Shown: positions 26,837 to 30,697 of the stretch, one piece after another
How the letters are laid out: the number at the start of each line of letters is the position of its first letter
Numbering within the stretch: the stretch's first letter is position 1
Virus record (IMG/VR): IMGVR_UViG_3300030330_002830
Location: 1-30,697 of that record
DNA from: a virus
Taxonomy: Duplodnaviria > Caudoviricetes
Strand: one strand, 5' to 3'
DNA: 30,697 nt
Position numbers and translations under genes: made by a program
Notes under the pieces: model-generated
Told to the model about the DNA's origin: nothing
The model's database searches: none
The model's input: only the letters and a program-made list of their open reading frames with translations

Positions 26837-27169
26837 TTATTTCTCCATTACTAATCTTCTAGCTCTTGTAAAATACAAACCGTTTTTTGTTTTCAAATAT
26901 TTTATATAGAAATCAAAGCATTCTTTTGATACCTTTTTAAATCTTCTAGTGGAAGAAGACGATCTTGTAAACCTATCATTGTACGCATCAATTATCTCTG
27001 CCCTATCATAAAGTATATAGTATGATTCAGATTGATCTACTGTAGCTCGGTATGCAAATCCTTCTTTTTTTTGTACGCTAGCGGCAGATTTTCCAAAATA
27101 TTCTTTATCTACTTGCTGTGGGTCTGGTAAATTAAGATCAGACACATCTTCGTTTTCCCATCTAGCCAT
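26837..27169 (-). CDS. Hypothetical protein
   Basis: 110-aa ORF with GGAG SD upstream, overlapping the upstream stop. Confidence 0.65.
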   Translation of the reverse strand: MARWENEDVSDLNLPDPQQVDKEYFGKSAASVQKKEGFAYRATVDQSESYYILYDRAEIIDAYNDRFTRSSSSTRRFKKVSKECFDFYIKYLKTKNGLYFTRARRLVMEK

Positions 27170-27410
27170 TTAATTTCTCCAATTTTTCTTTTAATTTCTT
27201 AATGCAGTCTGCCTCTGTGGGGCCAGAGATACAGAATTGAGCTTTAGTAGATATGCCATAATCTGCTAGTAACCTATTTCCCATAATTTGGTTGTCCAAA
27301 CTGCCATCATCATACATCTTTCTAACATCAATTTTCATAGTTATAGTAGCATGATGTGGGCAGCTTTTCCTATCTACTTTGTTGTCAGATATTTCAAACT
27401 CATTCATCAA
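27162..27410 (-). CDS. Hypothetical protein
   Basis: 82-aa ORF coupled to the upstream stop (TTGATG); the start may be ATG 27407. Confidence 0.55.
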   Translation of the reverse strand: MMNEFEISDNKVDRKSCPHHATITMKIDVRKMYDDGSLDNQIMGNRLLADYGISTKAQFCISGPTEADCIKKLKEKLEKLNG

Positions 27411-27748
27411 TCACCTTCTCTAATCCATTTGATTTTTTCTTTAGCGCTCATGCCATTAATTTTTCTGTTCATGTTTCTTCTCTTCTGTGCTTCACTATTG
27501 TTTTGAGCATTATCCTTCGCTGCCTTTTCTTGCTTTTCATAGTGTCCCATGTTTCTAGTATTTTTATCTGCCAACTGACCTATGGTATTCGCTTCGCCTC
27601 TTACAGATATCGCAGGCGCATTTATAAAAATTTTTCTTAAAGTCTTTTTATTGCAACATGGACATTCAAGTATGGATGGGGCATCGTGAGCTTGTCTAAT
27701 TTCGTCGTAATATTTACACTCTTTACATTCAAAATCATAGAGTGGCAT
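27407..27748 (-). CDS. FmdB family zinc-ribbon protein
   Basis: MPLYDFECKEC...ECPCC...LRKIF..PAISVRG matches the FmdB-type CxxC...CPxC pattern. Confidence 0.8.
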   Translation of the reverse strand: MPLYDFECKECKYYDEIRQAHDAPSILECPCCNKKTLRKIFINAPAISVRGEANTIGQLADKNTRNMGHYEKQEKAAKDNAQNNSEAQKRRNMNRKINGMSAKEKIKWIREGD

Positions 27749-27754
27749 TGTTTT

Positions 27755-27760
27755 CTCCTT
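27755..27760 (-). promoter_or_regulatory. Shine-Dalgarno site AAGGAG
   Basis: AAGGAG 6 nt upstream of ATG 27748. Confidence 0.8.
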
Positions 27761-27789
27761 ATGATAGATGACTTTATATTTTAGGACAA
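27761..27789 (-). promoter_or_regulatory. Possible sigma70-like promoter
   Basis: TTGTCC-N17-TATCAT in the only sizeable intergenic gap (59 nt); the -10 abuts the SD, so it is uncertain. Confidence 0.3.
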
Positions 27790-27807
27790 TACGACAAGTA
27801 TTACACG

Positions 27808-28467
27808 CTAATTTTCCATAGCATTTAATATTCTACCAAGAATACCATTTCTTTGGATGTCTTGCGTTGTAAGAGTAGAGATGCCAACACCGTCTACGTT
27901 TTCAAGTTTTTCTATACAGTCCCATAGCCCGCTTCTGGAGAGATCACATTGCTTGGTATCGCCATTTATTAGCACTTTGCTTCCTTGTCCCATCCTCGTA
28001 ATAAACATTTTTATTTGTTCAAAAGTGCAATTTTGTGCTTCGTCTAGTATCATATAAGTGTTATGAAACGTAGACCCTCTCATAACTTCCAATGGCTGAT
28101 ATTTAATTCTACCTTCATTGTAGTACATGCCGTAGTAGGCCCGACCTAAAAAGTGTCTAAAGTTTTCTTGCATAGGCAAAAGGTATGGAGCTATTTTTTC
28201 TAACAAGTCCCCCGGCAAACTTCCTATCTCTTTTCCTGTGCATACCAGCGGGCGCGATATTAGCACTTGATCAATCTCACCCCTATGAAGATGATCTGAT
28301 GCAATCCCTGCTGCTATGTATGATTTACCTGAACCAGATGGGCCACTACAAAATACCACATCATTTTCTACTATAGACCTTATATAATCTTTTTGATTCT
28401 CCGTTTTTGCTTCTAGTGTTTTTACTTTTTGTGGTGCGTTGCTTTGTTTTTTGGTTTTTCTTTTCAT
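27808..28467 (-). CDS. phoH: PhoH family ATPase
   Basis: KTENQKDY, GPSGSGKS, ISRP, GSLPGDL.EK, MRGSTF, ILDEAQN, TRMG, NGDTKQCD, DIQR. Confidence 0.95.
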   Translation of the reverse strand: MKRKTKKQSNAPQKVKTLEAKTENQKDYIRSIVENDVVFCSGPSGSGKSYIAAGIASDHLHRGEIDQVLISRPLVCTGKEIGSLPGDLLEKIAPYLLPMQENFRHFLGRAYYGMYYNEGRIKYQPLEVMRGSTFHNTYMILDEAQNCTFEQIKMFITRMGQGSKVLINGDTKQCDLSRSGLWDCIEKLENVDGVGISTLTTQDIQRNGILGRILNAMEN

Positions 28468-28481
28468 TTAAAGCCTATTTA

Positions 28482-30032
28482 TTAGAAAGCTCTTTTATTG
28501 ATTAAGTCCCTTACGAAAATGTCCTTAGCTAAAACTATATCACTGTGGTCATTTTGATAAGTAATAGTTGTTTCTACATTTCCTCCTGTTGTATCACCAC
28601 CAGTAGTGCTAATGCTGGTTACATAATTATTATTACCAAGATCTATAACATGATACTTATTTGTTTGAGCGGCGAAGTCTATTGTTTGAAAAACAAGTCG
28701 TATTGGTCTGTCTGTATTATTGTACAAAGGAGAAGGAGGTCTTGAAGAACCGTAGCTTGGAGGATTTGGATGATTAGGATCAAGCCCATCTTGATAAGGA
28801 CCGCCGCCATGACTTAATCCTGTGCTTGTATTCATTACACCAGAAGCTGCAAAATTAACATCGCTGTTTCTTAAAAAGGTCGGATTACTGCTACTATGAG
28901 TAGTCGGGGCAGCGGAAGAACCGCTGAATACAAAATCTCCATACTCTAAAGCACGTCTAGAAACGCCCGTAAAAGAACATGAAACTTGTAGTGGCAAATT
29001 CATTTGAGTGTATCTATTTTGCTCAAACTCTTTATCCTTTTCAGATCCGGCCCAATTTCCCACGTCGGTAAGTTGAGTGTAATCTATTGTTAAATTAACA
29101 TTTATGCTGTTTATGCCATATATTTTCATTGGGCGCATACTACCATCATCGCCCCTGTATTTAGACTCTGTATTCCCAACTTCAAACATACTTTTAACTT
29201 CTTGAGGTAGTCTAGATTTTCTATCAACATCTTGTTTTAGTATGTCTAGGTTGTCTCTTTTAAGAGTATTTATTTCATATGCTCCCCGACTATTTACAGC
29301 AACGCCACTATGAGGCATGGTTGTATAGGTGGGGCTGTTTTGCCCAATGCTAGAAAACTTATACTGACTAAGTGTGGATAGGTCTTTGTTAAATCTAAGC
29401 TGTTTTGTAAATAATGTTATAGTCTCGGTTACTCCGTCTAGTCCTATATTGTAATCTAAACTCGATAGTAAGCAGCTTTGATAAGTTACAGATATAACCT
29501 TATCTTTGTCGGCATCCGAACTTGAGCTATCTAGCCCAGAACCCATATATTTAAATTTATCTGGTGTATATAAAATAGTTATATCGAACTGACGAAAAAC
29601 TTTGTTGTCAGGATCTTTAAGACCTTTATCGCCTAAGTTGTCTTTATACAGCACATGGGAAGTTTTATATCCAGCCGCTCCTTCGGTGTAATTGCTAGGA
29701 TTTACAGAATAAAAGAACTCTTGATTTTCATCTATCTTTCTTTCAATAGTTATTTCAAAGTTTTGCTGACCATAATAATGAAATTGTCTTTGTGCTTTTC
29801 CTACGTCTAGAAGTGATTGAGAAGGCATATCTCCATTTATACCTATGGATTGGACACCCTCTAAAAATATAGAATTTTTAATATGAGAAGACTCAACTTC
29901 CTGTTCTAAGTTTCTTCCACGCCTTTTAAAAGAAGAAGGGTTTGTTCCATATCCATCTTGACTATTAACAAGAACCGCTTGACAGGCATAGAATACTCTT
30001 CCGTTTGGATCGCTAAATGGTAAAGTCGTCAT
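28482..30032 (-). CDS. Hypothetical protein, putative virion structural (tail-tube-like, internally duplicated)
   Basis: 516 aa, Ser/Thr/Gly/Asn-rich beta-strand character; two aligned copies of G.xSI..N.......L.DVG; the structural role is an inference. Confidence 0.45.
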   Translation of the reverse strand: MTTLPFSDPNGRVFYACQAVLVNSQDGYGTNPSSFKRRGRNLEQEVESSHIKNSIFLEGVQSIGINGDMPSQSLLDVGKAQRQFHYYGQQNFEITIERKIDENQEFFYSVNPSNYTEGAAGYKTSHVLYKDNLGDKGLKDPDNKVFRQFDITILYTPDKFKYMGSGLDSSSSDADKDKVISVTYQSCLLSSLDYNIGLDGVTETITLFTKQLRFNKDLSTLSQYKFSSIGQNSPTYTTMPHSGVAVNSRGAYEINTLKRDNLDILKQDVDRKSRLPQEVKSMFEVGNTESKYRGDDGSMRPMKIYGINSINVNLTIDYTQLTDVGNWAGSEKDKEFEQNRYTQMNLPLQVSCSFTGVSRRALEYGDFVFSGSSAAPTTHSSSNPTFLRNSDVNFAASGVMNTSTGLSHGGGPYQDGLDPNHPNPPSYGSSRPPSPLYNNTDRPIRLVFQTIDFAAQTNKYHVIDLGNNNYVTSISTTGGDTTGGNVETTITYQNDHSDIVLAKDIFVRDLINKRAF

Positions 30033-30550
30033 TATGCACCCGTACTTCCAAAGCCAGCCTCGCTCCGATCCGTATTGTTTAGGTCAGACACTTCTACAAG
30101 TTCAAAGTTTTCTACCTTCTGTAATACAAGTTGAGCAATTCTGTCGCCCTTTTCTACGTTGTAATCACTATACTGAGAGTTGTAGAGTATAACACCGATA
30201 TCGCCGCGATATCCACTATCAATTACCCCAGCAAAAACATCTATACCATGCTTGTAAGCCATGCCTGATCTCGGCCAAATCAAGCCAACATATCCTTTCG
30301 GTATAGCCATAGATATACCTGTCTTAATTAGTTTATGTGTGTGCTTCTCTAATATAGCGCCATGAGAGGCATAAAGGTCAAAGCCAGCATCAGACTCATT
30401 TGCTTTTGTAGGGGTTGTTGCGTTTTCATTTAGTTTTACAAATTTTAAAGGCGCACCATTCCAAGGTCTTATATAACTAGGAAAACATGTTTTACCTTGC
30501 ACTTTCTCTAGTTCTTTTTGTCTAGCTAATTGATCTGGATGAGTACTCAT
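30032..30550 (-). CDS. dut: dUTP diphosphatase (trimeric dUTPase)
   Basis: Five motifs: AGFDL, PRSG, GVIDSGYRG, GDRIAQL, RSEAGFGSTG; start placed at ATG 30550 (ATGA overlap with the RNR stop). Confidence 0.96.
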   Translation of the reverse strand: MSTHPDQLARQKELEKVQGKTCFPSYIRPWNGAPLKFVKLNENATTPTKANESDAGFDLYASHGAILEKHTHKLIKTGISMAIPKGYVGLIWPRSGMAYKHGIDVFAGVIDSGYRGDIGVILYNSQYSDYNVEKGDRIAQLVLQKVENFELVEVSDLNNTDRSEAGFGSTGA

Positions 30551-30697
30551 ATTTCGCATTTCCCTCCTGCGCAGGCAAGTTCCTGCTCTGGTTGAACATT
30601 GTTAGTTTCCTCGATAACATTTGTAAAATCAACATCTGTATATTCTCTATTCATATCTACCCACTCTTTCCAGTTGTAAACATCTTTCATGCAGTAG
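30547..30697 (-). CDS. nrdJ: Ribonucleotide reductase C-terminus, likely class II (adenosylcobalamin-dependent) (partial)
   Basis: Not in the ORF track; manual translation YCMKDVYNWKEWVDMNREYTDVDFTNVIEETNNVQPEQELACAGGKCEI* ends in the redox-active Cys pair ACAGGxCEI typical of RNR tails. Confidence 0.72.
   Translation of the reverse strand, partial: YCMKDVYNWKEWVDMNREYTDVDFTNVIEETNNVQPEQELACAGGKCEI

Noticed and set aside
297-28745. All plus-strand ORFs in the track (60-110 aa)
   Set aside because: Each lies antisense to a well-supported minus-strand gene and shows no recognisable motif; treated as shadow ORFs
1-30697. Alternative genetic code (stop-codon reassignment)
   Set aside because: Genes are full length under code 11, and TAA, TGA and TAG all terminate genes exactly at junctions with the next gene
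1-30697. tRNA, rRNA, CRISPR arrays, intrinsic terminators, long DNA repeats
   Set aside because: No intergenic space for them and none recognised by eye

Overview
Gene-dense, AT-rich segment with essentially every gene on the minus strand and almost no intergenic DNA. It is best read as part of a large tailed-phage genome. This is inferred from class II RNR, dUTPase, PhoH, dNMP kinase, a Cas4-like nuclease and a putative tube-like structural protein, with no rRNA or ribosomal genes. In transcription order (right to left): 3' end of a class II ribonucleotide reductase, dUTPase, a putative structural protein with an internal duplication, PhoH, an FmdB-type zinc-ribbon gene plus small hypotheticals, a RecA/UvsX-like recombinase, a DUF559-like endonuclease, DnaB, DnaG, dNMP kinase, a Cas4/AddB-like nuclease and two glycosyltransferases. 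Next comes a DnaE (Pol III alpha) split into two genes without an intein, flanking a 72-aa ORF and a DEDDh exonuclease, followed by a tailless SSB. The window ends in a >=13 kb glycan-synthesis and decoration cluster: about 8 glycosyltransferase-like genes, GDP-fucose synthase, dTDP-glucose dehydratase, FkbM methyltransferase, sulfotransferase and a LicC-like nucleotidyltransferase. The most unusual elements are the multi-part polymerase locus and the glycosylation island coupled directly to the replisome genes. All calls come from motif recognition by eye; no searches were run.
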